Sequence record: PP885733.1
Length of the DNA stretch: 64,000 bases
Strand: one strand, 5' to 3'
Shown here: positions 29,012-39,352 of the stretch, one piece after another
How positions within the stretch are numbered: the stretch's first letter is position 1
Layout of the letters: each line of letters begins with the position of its first letter
Made by a program: the position numbers and the translations under genes
The notes under the pieces: generated by a model
Told to the model about the DNA's origin: nothing
What the model saw: only the letters and a program-made list of their open reading frames with translations
Databases searched by the model: none

Positions 29012-30289
29012 ATGTCCTCTTTAGATCTGATTTTCGCAAGCATCGCAGGTAACGAGTCTGCAGAAGTTGACCTGGATAAGGTTGAGCACGTTGCAGAAGT
29101 AACTGCTGAAGAAGCTGCTGAAGCTGTTGTTGAAGCAGAAATCAAAGAAATCGAAGCTGACGTTTCCGAACTGGAAAAAGACGTTGCTTCTACCGAAACC
29201 ACCGTTGAAGCTCTGGAAGAGAAAGTTGAAGAACTGGAAGAGCACATCGACGGTATGGAAGCTATGGCTTCTGGCGCTGCTCCGTTCAACTCCGCTCTGT
29301 TCGCGTACCACTTCAACAAAGGCTCCAAACTGGCTGCTCGCTTCGGCGCTCCTGTTGAGCACGTTGGTGCTGAAAGCTTCGCTGACGCTTCTACCGCAAA
29401 CCTGGCCGCTTTCGCTGGTCTGGAAGGCATGAAAGAAGTTGCAGTTAAAGCTGGCGGTGCGATCAAGAAGTTCTTCGTTCAACTGTACAACCAGTTCATC
29501 GCTCTGTTCACTGGCCTGTTCAACCGCCTGGGCGGTCTGCAGAAGAAAGCTGGTGTTGTCAAAACTTCCGTTGCCAATGGCAAAGTGAAAGAAGGCAAAG
29601 TTGCTCTGTCTGGCGGCGCAGCTAACCTGCTCGACGCAAAAGGTTCTGCTGGTTCTGCAATCCCTGCAATCGTTTCCGCAATCGGTGACGTTACTCAGAT
29701 CGGTGGTCACAACCCACTGGCTGGCGTACAGCGCGTTATCTCTGACCTGGGCAAAATGGGTAGCAAGTCTTCTACCAACGCAGGTGCAGACGTTGCTGGC
29801 GTGAAGATCAAAGTCGGTGCTACCACCGTTGTGATCGTTGAGCCGAAAGACGAAAAAGCTCTGAGCAAAACCAACTGGTCCGTTTCTGTTGACGGCGGCG
29901 CAGCTCTGAAAGAAGTTGACGCACTGGAAAAAGGCGCACTGTCTGCTCTGTGTGACTCTGTTGCTTCCAACGCTGCTAAACTGCAGTCTGCAAAACTGAG
30001 CTCCTCTTCTCTGACCAAACAGCGCGACGCTGCTATTGCAGCTGCTGAAGCCAAAGCTAAGAAAGCTGGCGGCGAAGGCGATGCGGCTCAGGGCGAAGAT
30101 AAAGGTTCTCTGGCCGGTGTTCGTGCAGGTCACACTGCAATCCTGAAACTGTCCGAGAAAGCTGTTAAGTTCGGCGGCGACATCCTGGCTGCACAGCTGC
30201 AGTTCGTTCAGGCTCACCTGGGTGGCAAAGCTGCTGCTCCAGCTGAAGAAAAGAAAGACGACAAAGCTGAAGAGAAGAAAGAAGATTAA
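29012..30289 (+). CDS. high-copy internal head/ejection protein with acidic coiled-coil propeptide
   Basis: AGNES, DGMEA, VGAES, AGLEG sites; very strong codon bias similar to the capsid gene. Confidence 0.7.
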   Translation: MSSLDLIFASIAGNESAEVDLDKVEHVAEVTAEEAAEAVVEAEIKEIEADVSELEKDVASTETTVEALEEKVEELEEHIDGMEAMASGAAPFNSALFAYHFNKGSKLAARFGAPVEHVGAESFADASTANLAAFAGLEGMKEVAVKAGGAIKKFFVQLYNQFIALFTGLFNRLGGLQKKAGVVKTSVANGKVKEGKVALSGGAANLLDAKGSAGSAIPAIVSAIGDVTQIGGHNPLAGVQRVISDLGKMGSKSSTNAGADVAGVKIKVGATTVVIVEPKDEKALSKTNWSVSVDGGAALKEVDALEKGALSALCDSVASNAAKLQSAKLSSSSLTKQRDAAIAAAEAKAKKAGGEGDAAQGEDKGSLAGVRAGHTAILKLSEKAVKFGGDILAAQLQFVQAHLGGKAAAPAEEKKDDKAEEKKED

Positions 30290-30310
30290 TTCTTCTGACT
30301 GATATCGCAT

Positions 30311-30340
30311 AGGAACAGGGGGCTTCGGCTCCCTGTTCTT
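30311..30340 (+). terminator. hairpin terminator (UUCG loop)
   Basis: AGGAACAGGGGGC-TTCG-GCTCCCTGTTCTT, then TATGTTTGTTTTTT. Confidence 0.8.
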
Positions 30341-30391
30341 TATGTTTGTTTTTTCTTCCAGGATGTTATGATCCAACTAGAGGAACAATTA

Positions 30392-31432
30392 ATGTCAAAT
30401 GTCCTTCCGGATCCTAAAGCACCCAAAGAGTCTACCGATTACATTTACGGTAAACGAATGGAAGCTTATGAGGATCGAATGAACTTCTTTCTCAATGAGA
30501 AAGTAGATGTCAAGAAAGATGACGTCGAAGATAAAGACAAGGAAACTGTCGACGGACTGGAAGCTCTAGTTAATCGCTTTACTTCATACGCTACTGTTAA
30601 GATCCCTCAGCTTCCTGCTGAGTACGATGGTAACGAAGCAGTCGGTAAGAAAGCGCTTGACTTTATCGTTCAGTTAGCCAAGGACTTGGTGGACTTCATC
30701 CTTAACCTCGTTAACAACCGTATCTCTCGTTTAGAACGTCGTACTAATAAGACCAGTATGGCCCGTAAGAACGATGGGATCATTAATAAGCCAGTTAAGT
30801 ACCCTCTTACTGTTCGTCGTCTACTGACCCCTCTTAATGCGTCTACAGACCCTAACTGGGTTGGTGGTGCTGTTGTTGAGTTGCTGGACTGGTACAAAGC
30901 AGTTATGAAGGCACACGTCTTTATCAACAACTATGTTGAAGGCGATCTGAAAGTCTTATCTGGTCATGTCGGTATTGTCACTGATGCTGTACGCGATATC
31001 CTCGGTATGAAGGATGACAGCGGTACTCTGCAGAGCGCTGTTCTCCCGTCTAACCGTCGCTTCTCGTTAGACATCAACACAGATAACCCTCGTGACTTTA
31101 AGATGTTCTTTGCTAACAACAACGCAATAGCTAAGCTGCGGGCTGATGAATGGACACCATCTTCTTTTGTCATGGATAACACCTTGAACAAGATTAGTTC
31201 ACTCATCAAGGAAATCAAATCTAACCAGAGTACTGTTTCTCAACTGTACCGTAAGTTTGAGAAGAAGGTTAAGAAGATCGAAGGTGAAACCCAAGGCATG
31301 ACTCAGGAAGAACGTAACTTCTATTCCTGGATTATTGCATTTGACCGTCGCCTGTTGAGTACTAACCTTCAGTACGTTATGGGTGGTTTGGATGCAGCTC
31401 TGGATTTCGTTAACTCCGGGGTTAAACAATAA
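30392..31432 (+). CDS. internal head protein (same family)
   Basis: GAGGA SD; DGLEA and DGNEA, then an amphipathic helix KKALDFIVQLAKDLVDFILNL. Confidence 0.65.
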   Translation: MSNVLPDPKAPKESTDYIYGKRMEAYEDRMNFFLNEKVDVKKDDVEDKDKETVDGLEALVNRFTSYATVKIPQLPAEYDGNEAVGKKALDFIVQLAKDLVDFILNLVNNRISRLERRTNKTSMARKNDGIINKPVKYPLTVRRLLTPLNASTDPNWVGGAVVELLDWYKAVMKAHVFINNYVEGDLKVLSGHVGIVTDAVRDILGMKDDSGTLQSAVLPSNRRFSLDINTDNPRDFKMFFANNNAIAKLRADEWTPSSFVMDNTLNKISSLIKEIKSNQSTVSQLYRKFEKKVKKIEGETQGMTQEERNFYSWIIAFDRRLLSTNLQYVMGGLDAALDFVNSGVKQ

Positions 31433-31950
31433 TGGCTGTTGACGTATTAAACATTACGTTGGATGACGTTAAGATGGCTGCCGTTGACATGTATAATCAA
31501 GTTAACGGCGTTCAGGAGAACATCTCTCTTGAACACACTACTGTCTCCAAAGCTCCACAAGAAGAAACCCTCTACATGAATACCGGTGCTCGTGGCGTTG
31601 GTGTACTCATGGACAAGATTCTTCTTCAGGACATTCTCCCTGTACGTTTTGATCTGCGTCCTTTTAAAGACCAGGTATCGATGCAAGGTAAAGAGTTAGG
31701 TCCTGACGATGTGGACACAATTAACAACAAGTACAACGCTGAGATCATTACTGCTGAGCGTGACATCCTGAAGTCTCCAACTAACCTCTCCAAAGAGACA
31801 CTGATCAACTGGGTTCTGTTCTGCCGAGTATTGGGTTTCTTTGAACTGGATATTGGTGACGTGACCTTAACCGAGGTGGAGGGGATGATGTACGTTTCTG
31901 TCAACCCTACCCATGCCATTTACTATGGCTTCGTTGAGGTGCTGGTATGA
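31432..31950 (+). CDS. virion structural protein (172 aa)
   Basis: TAATG coupling; C-terminal YVSVNPTHAIYYG motif resembles the 56358 ORF. Confidence 0.7.
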   Translation: MAVDVLNITLDDVKMAAVDMYNQVNGVQENISLEHTTVSKAPQEETLYMNTGARGVGVLMDKILLQDILPVRFDLRPFKDQVSMQGKELGPDDVDTINNKYNAEIITAERDILKSPTNLSKETLINWVLFCRVLGFFELDIGDVTLTEVEGMMYVSVNPTHAIYYGFVEVLV

Positions 31951-32552
31951 TGTATGAAAACCGTGACCGATACCTGCTGCTGAAACAAACTCTGGTTCTG
32001 CTGGAGCTGTCCAAGCTTAAAGCTATCGTCAGTGTTAATGGGAAAGACTCCGACAAGGAGAAGTTGATTGAGTCGGCAGTAAAGACACTCGCTACCATTG
32101 AGGAGTACTTTACTCTTCCTCGTGAGATGTTGGAGAATGCCACGATCTATCTTGACCTGCGTTTCGAAGCTGCTCATATAGAAGGGATGTGTAAACCTGT
32201 TCCTTCTGAGGGAGATGACCGTTATAGTCAGATTCCTAAGACTCATGAAGATATGCAGCGTTGTATCTTCGATTTCCCTAACATGAATAACTACAAAGAA
32301 GTTTACAGCCAGAACTGTAAGAACAAAAGCTTCTTTGATAATAGCCGGGCAAATGCTGGTGATATGATCGCAGCAACATCCGTAGCTATTCGCACCATTC
32401 GTAAGTATGTTGAAGGAAGTACTGAATATGATTTCAGTCTCGGTCAAATACTCATGCTGGTGAACATGGTCGAAGCAACTGAATGGTTGTTCGAGTTTAC
32501 CAACGCAACTTCTCGGAGAGTAATCGATGCAGCAGACATCCCTGGATGCTGA
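31947..32552 (+). CDS. hypothetical protein (201 aa)
   Basis: ATGA overlap with the previous gene. Confidence 0.75.
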   Translation: MMYENRDRYLLLKQTLVLLELSKLKAIVSVNGKDSDKEKLIESAVKTLATIEEYFTLPREMLENATIYLDLRFEAAHIEGMCKPVPSEGDDRYSQIPKTHEDMQRCIFDFPNMNNYKEVYSQNCKNKSFFDNSRANAGDMIAATSVAIRTIRKYVEGSTEYDFSLGQILMLVNMVEATEWLFEFTNATSRRVIDAADIPGC

Positions 32553-33474
32553 CTTTGATATGATCGACTGGATGTATGGCGGTTTGGAGTCGGTCCTTTG
32601 TGACCGACCTAACTTCGCTGCTATGACCGGTAACGAATCGTATTACTGTTATCACCACGACGTATGGGCAGGTATGGAAGCCGAAACTTCTACTACCACG
32701 ACTACCACTAAGTCAAGCTCATCTTCTTCCTCATCTAGCAAGTCTTCATCTGCTAGTGCTTCATCTGACAGTTCTAAAGCAGCCGCGCCTAAAGCCGGTG
32801 ACAACAAGAGTTATATCGACTCTGTTAAGAAGGTCGCCCAGAACCTCTATAAGAACCTCATGGACATGTTGAAGCGTGTACGTGAGTATTTCTTCGGGGA
32901 AGGTGAGCAAGCCGCTGTAGACGCCGCTAAGAACGCTACAGACGCAGTTAACGCTATGGCGGATCTTAACAGTGCTGCGCCGATTCCAGATGACGCCGCT
33001 GCCCGTGATCCAAGCACCTACCTGAAAGCTTTAGAAGGCGGGACTGAATACAACGAACTGTTGAACGAGTACCCTGACCTGAAGAACGCCATCGAACGTG
33101 TTAAAGCATCTGCTAGCAAGATTAGCAATTCTGACACGGTAGGCAAACTCCGCGCTTCTTACGCTGATCTGGTTAAGAATGCCAATAACGGTATTCAGGC
33201 TGTTACTGGTGCACTTCGTCGTGTCATGGCTGATGCTGAAAAGAAAACCGGTGAACTGAAGAACCCTAAAGTTCCAAGCACTGGTGATACCACTGAAGTG
33301 AAAGCAGGTATCAAAGAGCAAAACCAACAGACCATCGCTGAAGCCAAAGAAGGTACGAAGAAAGCTCGCCTTGTTGGTGGGGTTCGTAACAAACTGGTTG
33401 CAGCTCTGTCGGCCATCTCTGCTCAGTCTAAGACGATTAAAGATAAGCCGCCTCAGTCTAAGTTCAAAGGTTAA
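32527..33474 (+). CDS. putative internal head protein with Ser/Thr tract
   Basis: GGLES, TGNES, AGMEA; poly-T/poly-S linker; amphipathic helix YIDSVKKVAQNLYKNLMDML. Confidence 0.7.
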   Translation: MQQTSLDADFDMIDWMYGGLESVLCDRPNFAAMTGNESYYCYHHDVWAGMEAETSTTTTTTKSSSSSSSSSKSSSASASSDSSKAAAPKAGDNKSYIDSVKKVAQNLYKNLMDMLKRVREYFFGEGEQAAVDAAKNATDAVNAMADLNSAAPIPDDAAARDPSTYLKALEGGTEYNELLNEYPDLKNAIERVKASASKISNSDTVGKLRASYADLVKNANNGIQAVTGALRRVMADAEKKTGELKNPKVPSTGDTTEVKAGIKEQNQQTIAEAKEGTKKARLVGGVRNKLVAALSAISAQSKTIKDKPPQSKFKG

Positions 33475-33476
33475 CG

Positions 33477-34439
33477 ATGTATTCATTTAAAGATGATGTA
33501 CTCAAGCAACTTCCTGAAGGTCAGGTCTTCTCTCGCATCTATTCTGTCTCTGATACGGAAACCATCGTAGAAGCGAAAGAGAACAGCGCTGTGAAGACCT
33601 ACACCCTTCCGAAGGTGGATATCTCATCTTTGTTCACAAAGCTCCCCACGATCGCCGTGGGGACTTCCTGGACATATAACGATCTGTACGCGAAGATCAG
33701 TGATATCTATTCCTTAGGTTTGGTTCAGGGAATCGACTATTATAACAACCAGGCCGTTAAACCGTCTGTAGTGGCTCGTAGCGAGCAATTACCGATTTCC
33801 AAGGATAGTTACGGCTATTATGGCAATATCCCCTGTAATGTCGTTATAGGGACTCTGGCGGGCATCTCCAATGAAACCAAGCGGGACTTGCGTGGTGGTT
33901 TGGGTCCGTACCTTAAAGCACTCAAGCTCCAGTCATTCTTAATGTCCAAACGTTTCGGATGTGATTGCGGGGCTAACTTTATTGGTGACCGTTTCAGTGG
34001 CTTATTCATCGAAGGTATTAGTCAGCAAGCAAAAGAAGAACTTTCTGAAGAGATGGGTATTCTCCTTGCTGATATTCTTTCTGGTAGTTTTATTGATTTC
34101 TTCTTTAGTGATGGAGTATCAGACATTTGCTCTCTTAAAGGGAGTAATGGGGAGATCTTCTTAATTCGTATTCGTACACTCTCAAATGACATTCCAATAT
34201 TTTCTAACGAAGGTATTGATGTTAAGACTGATAACTCGAAAGGGTTGTTAGTTGGAATGAGATTGAGAATGTCGGAGAATCCGGAAGAGGGGAAGGGGGA
34301 AATTAATATACAGCAGAGCGATAGCGATATCTCTGTTCTATTAGTTACTCCAGAGGAGAGTACTGATCAAGTAACTGAAGAAGTGAAAGAAGAAGTAACT
34401 CCACCAGTTAAGAAAACCAGAAAGAAGAAAAGTAATTAA
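33477..34439 (+). CDS. virion structural/hypothetical protein (320 aa)
   Basis: ORF coupled to the previous gene; the 3' half is AT-rich. Confidence 0.7.
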   Translation: MYSFKDDVLKQLPEGQVFSRIYSVSDTETIVEAKENSAVKTYTLPKVDISSLFTKLPTIAVGTSWTYNDLYAKISDIYSLGLVQGIDYYNNQAVKPSVVARSEQLPISKDSYGYYGNIPCNVVIGTLAGISNETKRDLRGGLGPYLKALKLQSFLMSKRFGCDCGANFIGDRFSGLFIEGISQQAKEELSEEMGILLADILSGSFIDFFFSDGVSDICSLKGSNGEIFLIRIRTLSNDIPIFSNEGIDVKTDNSKGLLVGMRLRMSENPEEGKGEINIQQSDSDISVLLVTPEESTDQVTEEVKEEVTPPVKKTRKKKSN

Positions 34440-34445
34440 TACATT

Positions 34446-34475
34446 CCTCTTACTCCTTTAATTAGGGGTAAGGGG
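34446..34475 (+). terminator. TACC/GGTA-family hairpin
   Basis: CCTCTTACTCCT-TTAATT-AGGGGTAAGGGG. Confidence 0.7.
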
Positions 34476-34510
34476 TTTGATGTTATGATTGTCTTGGAAG
34501 AGGAATTGCT

Positions 34511-36103
34511 ATGATCAAAGTAAAGATTCCTGCTTATGAGAGTTATCGAAATGGAGTGAGACCCGCAGTACTAACTTCATTGAAACAAATGCTTGAGTAC
34601 TTCGATATTGGAACAAATCACAAGATATTTTTCAATGGCGAAGCTGAAGTATCGAAACTCTTAGGTGGTGAATACAACGACAAGCGAGGAGTCGATACTG
34701 GGACTGACGTAGGGTTTGATAACAAGATCTTCGTTGAACTGGAACGAGATGCTGGGGAGTACAATGATGACCTTGATGCATTGACGGGTGATCAGACTGT
34801 TCCTTCGGTATGGATCGATCCAATCAGCGGTGCTCGAATGACACCTAAGTTCAGTACCAAGAAACTCCGCGTAACGGTTAACCATTATTACAAAGACCGA
34901 ACAACTGCTCAAAGGAACTATAACTCCTTACGAGCTAAAGTTCTCGGCATTCGTGCTAACAGTTTGTTTGAGTGCGAGACACACTACCCGCTCACCTATC
35001 CACCAATGCAGTGCTATAAGGCTATCTTCGATCGACTGGTTAATGCTAAACAGTTGCCTGATGATAAAGACTTTATGGACTGGATGTTTGAGAACGCAAC
35101 CGTTCCTGCTGGTATCATCAGAAACCTGATTGGTAACAACCCAGCATTCGTTTTCAAACAGCGCATTGCAGAAGTCGGTATCAACGTTGATAACCCATCT
35201 AACGCTTACGTTAACAAAGGTTCGTACATTGGTAAGTATGAAGTCTCCTGGACTTATTGGTTCTATTGGTCTGAACATACGGAGTGGATATTCGAATACC
35301 CTATTCAGATTTTCCAACAGCCAATGCCTAACGAGTTCATTCCTGAGAACTTCATGACTAACCAAATGGATTATCCAACTCGTCGCTTCTTTGAGTCTGC
35401 TATCGCAGAACGCGTTTGGGATGTCAACAAGAACAAGGATCCGTTCTATCACGTGCTTCCGAATATGGATGATTACCGTCCACCTGTTGTAAGTTGGATT
35501 AGTCAGCAGCTTCAGGTTATGGTCGGAATGGAAGACATTGACAACCAGGTTATCCTGAACATCAAAGATATCCAGGGATTCGATTGGAGCCCAAAAGTAC
35601 TCAGCTATTTGCTCAAGTACTGTGACAAAGTAACCACGCGTCATATGAACCCACTACAGATTCAGTTGTGGTCTGACGACACCCAGGTGCTGGAAGAACA
35701 AGTCATCCTTGATCCTAATGGGGATTTGCGTTTAACCCGTAAACCACGTATGGCGAGCATCTATCGTATCACGATGGCATTTGACTACGCCCTCCGTCAG
35801 TACAGTGAAGAATGCATCAAAGATCTCGTTGGAGATCCTGATTTCGGTAAATGGATTATCGACATACTCTTCCCTGCCTACCCCCTACCCCCAGATTTTG
35901 GTGAGGGTGGAATTAATGACTGGTGGGATGTTCACAATGGAGTTGAAGTTGGTGATGGTGATCCTGTCTATCCGTTCCCGAACGGTATGCTGGGTCATTT
36001 GATTATCGGTCACACCAGCGAAACCCATCCCCAGTACAAATCGTTAATGAACAAAGGTACCATCGATGGCACAGACTATTATCGGCCAAACTCCGGCTCC
36101 TAA
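34511..36103 (+). CDS. neck/tail-terminator-type structural protein (phiKZ gp98-like)
   Basis: GAGGA SD; 530 aa; synteny with the following neck-like gene. Confidence 0.5.
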   Translation: MIKVKIPAYESYRNGVRPAVLTSLKQMLEYFDIGTNHKIFFNGEAEVSKLLGGEYNDKRGVDTGTDVGFDNKIFVELERDAGEYNDDLDALTGDQTVPSVWIDPISGARMTPKFSTKKLRVTVNHYYKDRTTAQRNYNSLRAKVLGIRANSLFECETHYPLTYPPMQCYKAIFDRLVNAKQLPDDKDFMDWMFENATVPAGIIRNLIGNNPAFVFKQRIAEVGINVDNPSNAYVNKGSYIGKYEVSWTYWFYWSEHTEWIFEYPIQIFQQPMPNEFIPENFMTNQMDYPTRRFFESAIAERVWDVNKNKDPFYHVLPNMDDYRPPVVSWISQQLQVMVGMEDIDNQVILNIKDIQGFDWSPKVLSYLLKYCDKVTTRHMNPLQIQLWSDDTQVLEEQVILDPNGDLRLTRKPRMASIYRITMAFDYALRQYSEECIKDLVGDPDFGKWIIDILFPAYPLPPDFGEGGINDWWDVHNGVEVGDGDPVYPFPNGMLGHLIIGHTSETHPQYKSLMNKGTIDGTDYYRPNSGS

Positions 36104-37364
36104 GCCGAAGGAGACGATTCTTCCAGAGTCGTATCGCCACACATTAGTGGAGTCTCGTTACATCCCTCATACCAGCTTGTTGTCCTTTGTCCCCGGCCAA
36201 CCTACGTTAGTTGAATACTACCGTGGTAGTTATGGTGGTAGTGAAGAACAGCTGGGATTCCATCCGGAATCTATCGAGACGTATCAGTCGTATAAACGTA
36301 TCCATAACTTCATCATCAAGATCGATGACGGTAATGGTAACTACAACTTCGACCCAGAGAAGGCACAGTCTACCCACATCCTTACTGGTTATGTGATGTT
36401 TGACCTAGCTCCGAACATTGGTGACTTGTTCATCAAAGATATCGGTGATGGTCGTGCTGGTCTCTACATGTTAACCATCCAACCTGAGATTATGACCATC
36501 CATGCTGATAAATGCTACCGCATTGAAGCTACGTTGCAATGTATCTTAACTGAACAGATCTTCAACTATCTGTCCAGTCAGGTTATCGAAGAGTTGTATT
36601 ACTCGAAGGACTCAGCAGTTGGTGGTGGTAATGCGATACTGACCAAACAGGATTACAACCTGAATGGTAATCTGTATAACATGATGGCTGCTATTGTTGA
36701 CGACATCCTGGGTAACAACTACTTCAGTGAAGAATCGACCATTATCATTCCTAATGAAACCGGGGATATTCTTTACGATCCGTATCTTGCCAAGTTCCTC
36801 AGTTACGTACTTCCTCATGACCTGATGGGACCTCGTAACAAGGTTGAAACTATCAGCGTGAACTACTTCGTTGACAGTCGCAAGATGCAGGAACCGCTGA
36901 CTGTATGGGATATGTTCTATCGTGGTGACTTCGCTCATCCGAAACGTTATCAGCAGGAATTCTATACTCATACACGTTCATCGTTAATCAACACTCGTTA
37001 CTATGGTAACGTCTTCTTCTCCAAAATGGATCGGGTTATCCTCATCCACAAAGAAGGCGCTTCCAAATACCCGTACCTCTATACAGGTGCTGTTGTTCCA
37101 ATCGGACCAAACGTTATCCCTACCCCGAACAAAGAAGGTGAACCACATACCTATTTCTTCGGCGAGGATTTCTTTAATGGCGGCGGAACAGAAACACAGC
37201 AGTTCGTCTGGAAAATGTTCCGAGATAAGACAGTAGACAAAGCCGGCTTGATGAAAGTGCTGGATGGCTATTGGGATCTCGACCCAGTGAGCAAACTGTA
37301 TATGGCGGGGATTTATGTCGGGGCAATTAAAACTGCTCTGCTGACCAACAGCCAATATACTTAA
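36066..37364 (+). CDS. neck/head-closure-type protein (phiKZ gp99-like)
   Basis: APNIGDLFIKD motif similar to the P..GDL motif of T4 gp14-like head-closure proteins. Confidence 0.5.
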   Translation: MAQTIIGQTPAPKPKETILPESYRHTLVESRYIPHTSLLSFVPGQPTLVEYYRGSYGGSEEQLGFHPESIETYQSYKRIHNFIIKIDDGNGNYNFDPEKAQSTHILTGYVMFDLAPNIGDLFIKDIGDGRAGLYMLTIQPEIMTIHADKCYRIEATLQCILTEQIFNYLSSQVIEELYYSKDSAVGGGNAILTKQDYNLNGNLYNMMAAIVDDILGNNYFSEESTIIIPNETGDILYDPYLAKFLSYVLPHDLMGPRNKVETISVNYFVDSRKMQEPLTVWDMFYRGDFAHPKRYQQEFYTHTRSSLINTRYYGNVFFSKMDRVILIHKEGASKYPYLYTGAVVPIGPNVIPTPNKEGEPHTYFFGEDFFNGGGTETQQFVWKMFRDKTVDKAGLMKVLDGYWDLDPVSKLYMAGIYVGAIKTALLTNSQYT

Positions 37365-37373
37365 GGTAAAGCA

Positions 37374-37997
37374 ATGGATACGTTACGCTATATGCATGTG
37401 AGAAAGGAACTGATCCGTATTCACTCCATTCTCACAGAAGAGACTTTCTTGGTCATTATGCCGACCACTTCTTTTATGACATTGAAACAGTTGGAGTTCT
37501 ATAAAGATAACCCACCTATCGTTGGGTTTGAAGCTCTCGAGACTCCACAAGAGCGTCCGTATTCCATTGTTAAAATCCTTGAGGCTTTCAAGAATGTGGG
37601 GGATGACGCGCAAGTTCACTTCCGTTACCCAAGTCGGGACATCCCTCGCATTTACGAAGCAATCCAAGATTGGATTCGCTATTGGATTGAGATTAAACGT
37701 GGGTCCGGTTATCTCAGAACTCCTTCTATTGAAGAGTTAGAGTTGATTGAGAAATTAGCCCGACACATCTTCACGGCTTACTCTCATTACCACTACAGCA
37801 AAATCTTCGATACGCTTAATGTTAGCTCTAAGCAAGAGATGACGTTACTTGATGTGTTGAAAGGACGCATGATGTACGGTTCAGATATTGACGAGGAACT
37901 CTCGTATATCTCTTATCTGGACGAGTACAAATCAGAAACAGGATTCCAGAGCAGTGCTGCGCAGCAGATCTATTCTGGTTTCGGTGGAGGTATGTAA
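37374..37997 (+). CDS. conserved hypothetical protein (gp100-like)
   Basis: AAGGT SD; coupled to the next gene. Confidence 0.7.
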   Translation: MDTLRYMHVRKELIRIHSILTEETFLVIMPTTSFMTLKQLEFYKDNPPIVGFEALETPQERPYSIVKILEAFKNVGDDAQVHFRYPSRDIPRIYEAIQDWIRYWIEIKRGSGYLRTPSIEELELIEKLARHIFTAYSHYHYSKIFDTLNVSSKQEMTLLDVLKGRMMYGSDIDEELSYISYLDEYKSETGFQSSAAQQIYSGFGGGM

Positions 37998-39349
37998 TGT
38001 TATCGAACCAGATTGCTGCGTTACTGAGTCAAGCCTCACTAACTGCAAAGATCTCAAATGACATCGCGGAGATGGTTACTCTCTCCGCTATCATTATCAC
38101 CCCTAAGAAGCAAATCAAAGCCTTAGGGGTTGACGGGATGATGGAAGCTGCAGACTTCGTTAAAAGCCGCTGTGACGTCATGCAGGTGTCTATTCGTTTA
38201 CAGCCAGGGGTTTATAACGATGACATCGTTCCGTACCGTGACGACCTGGAGATTCACATTCTTGTTGATAGCGGGAGTGAAACTAAACTCCGTGCTTTTG
38301 TTGGTGTCCCTCTGTTAGACCGAGACGTACGCGCCGAGTCAAACAACACCGCTGACAACAACATGGATGCTCAGAACTTCATGAACATGATCCCTTATAA
38401 GTTCCAGCTTATCGATAAAGGCTTTGCTAAGCTTAAGAACGTTCAGGTATCTAACATCTACCAAATGTCTAACCCAGCTGACGTATTAGCGACAGTAATG
38501 GAAGAAGAGACTAAAAAGGTGGGCCTGGAGTCCTGGGACGCGTTCAGAGGCGTTTATATGCATAAGCCTGTGGATAACACCAATAAGTACAGACAGATCA
38601 TCCTGCCCAGCGGTACGCGTCTTGTAGACGTTCCTGGGATATTGCAGGAGCACAATGAATACGGTGTGTATTCAAAAGGTCTGGGGTGTTATTACAAACA
38701 ACGCTATTGGTGGATCTATCCTCTATATAACACAACGTTGGCTGAAACTTATAAGCGTCCTTTGGATATCATTCGTGTTCCTCAGAACAAGATACCTGAT
38801 CTGAAGTCTACCTTCTACCGTTCTGATGTTGGTATGACTATCGTTGCGGCTGGTGAAGCTCGACATAGTGATGGTGCTGATATCAAGAAGCAAAACCAAG
38901 GTACAGGTCAACGTATCATCATGGGTGATGCTATCGCCGGTGACACAGGTTATCACTATAACAATGGCCGTGCCATTACTACACGTGCTGACTCACTTCA
39001 GGAATATAAACTGAGTGATCGTCGTGACGGGGAAGAGTTTATTCCATTGAACCCTAACCCTACAGGAAACGTCTGTGCGGCCCTCTCAATCAACTCAATG
39101 AATGAGGGGGAGATTGTACAGGTTGAATGGCGTAATGGCGACGTGGGCTATCTGGAGCCCGGACATCCGCTTCGTTACCAGTACATGGAAAACGATGAAC
39201 AGATGAAAGTAAGGACTGGGGTGTTGTTGGGATATCGTTGCGACTATAAACCAATTACCACTAACCCAGAACCTGCAATGAAACGTACCACTATACTTTA
39301 CCTGTTCTTGAAACGAGCAGCCAAGTACAAAGTAGAACAAACAGCATAA
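37997..39349 (+). CDS. baseplate hub-type structural protein (phiKZ gp101-like)
   Basis: 450 aa, beta-rich; YGVYSKGLGCYY..WWIYPLY motif; synteny. Confidence 0.5.
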   Translation: MLSNQIAALLSQASLTAKISNDIAEMVTLSAIIITPKKQIKALGVDGMMEAADFVKSRCDVMQVSIRLQPGVYNDDIVPYRDDLEIHILVDSGSETKLRAFVGVPLLDRDVRAESNNTADNNMDAQNFMNMIPYKFQLIDKGFAKLKNVQVSNIYQMSNPADVLATVMEEETKKVGLESWDAFRGVYMHKPVDNTNKYRQIILPSGTRLVDVPGILQEHNEYGVYSKGLGCYYKQRYWWIYPLYNTTLAETYKRPLDIIRVPQNKIPDLKSTFYRSDVGMTIVAAGEARHSDGADIKKQNQGTGQRIIMGDAIAGDTGYHYNNGRAITTRADSLQEYKLSDRRDGEEFIPLNPNPTGNVCAALSINSMNEGEIVQVEWRNGDVGYLEPGHPLRYQYMENDEQMKVRTGVLLGYRCDYKPITTNPEPAMKRTTILYLFLKRAAKYKVEQTA

Positions 39350-39352
39350 ACC

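Noticed and set aside
29021-30376. 451-aa antisense ORF over the internal head protein gene
   Set aside because: Same codon-bias shadow; F/S/C-rich sequence with no recognisable domain.
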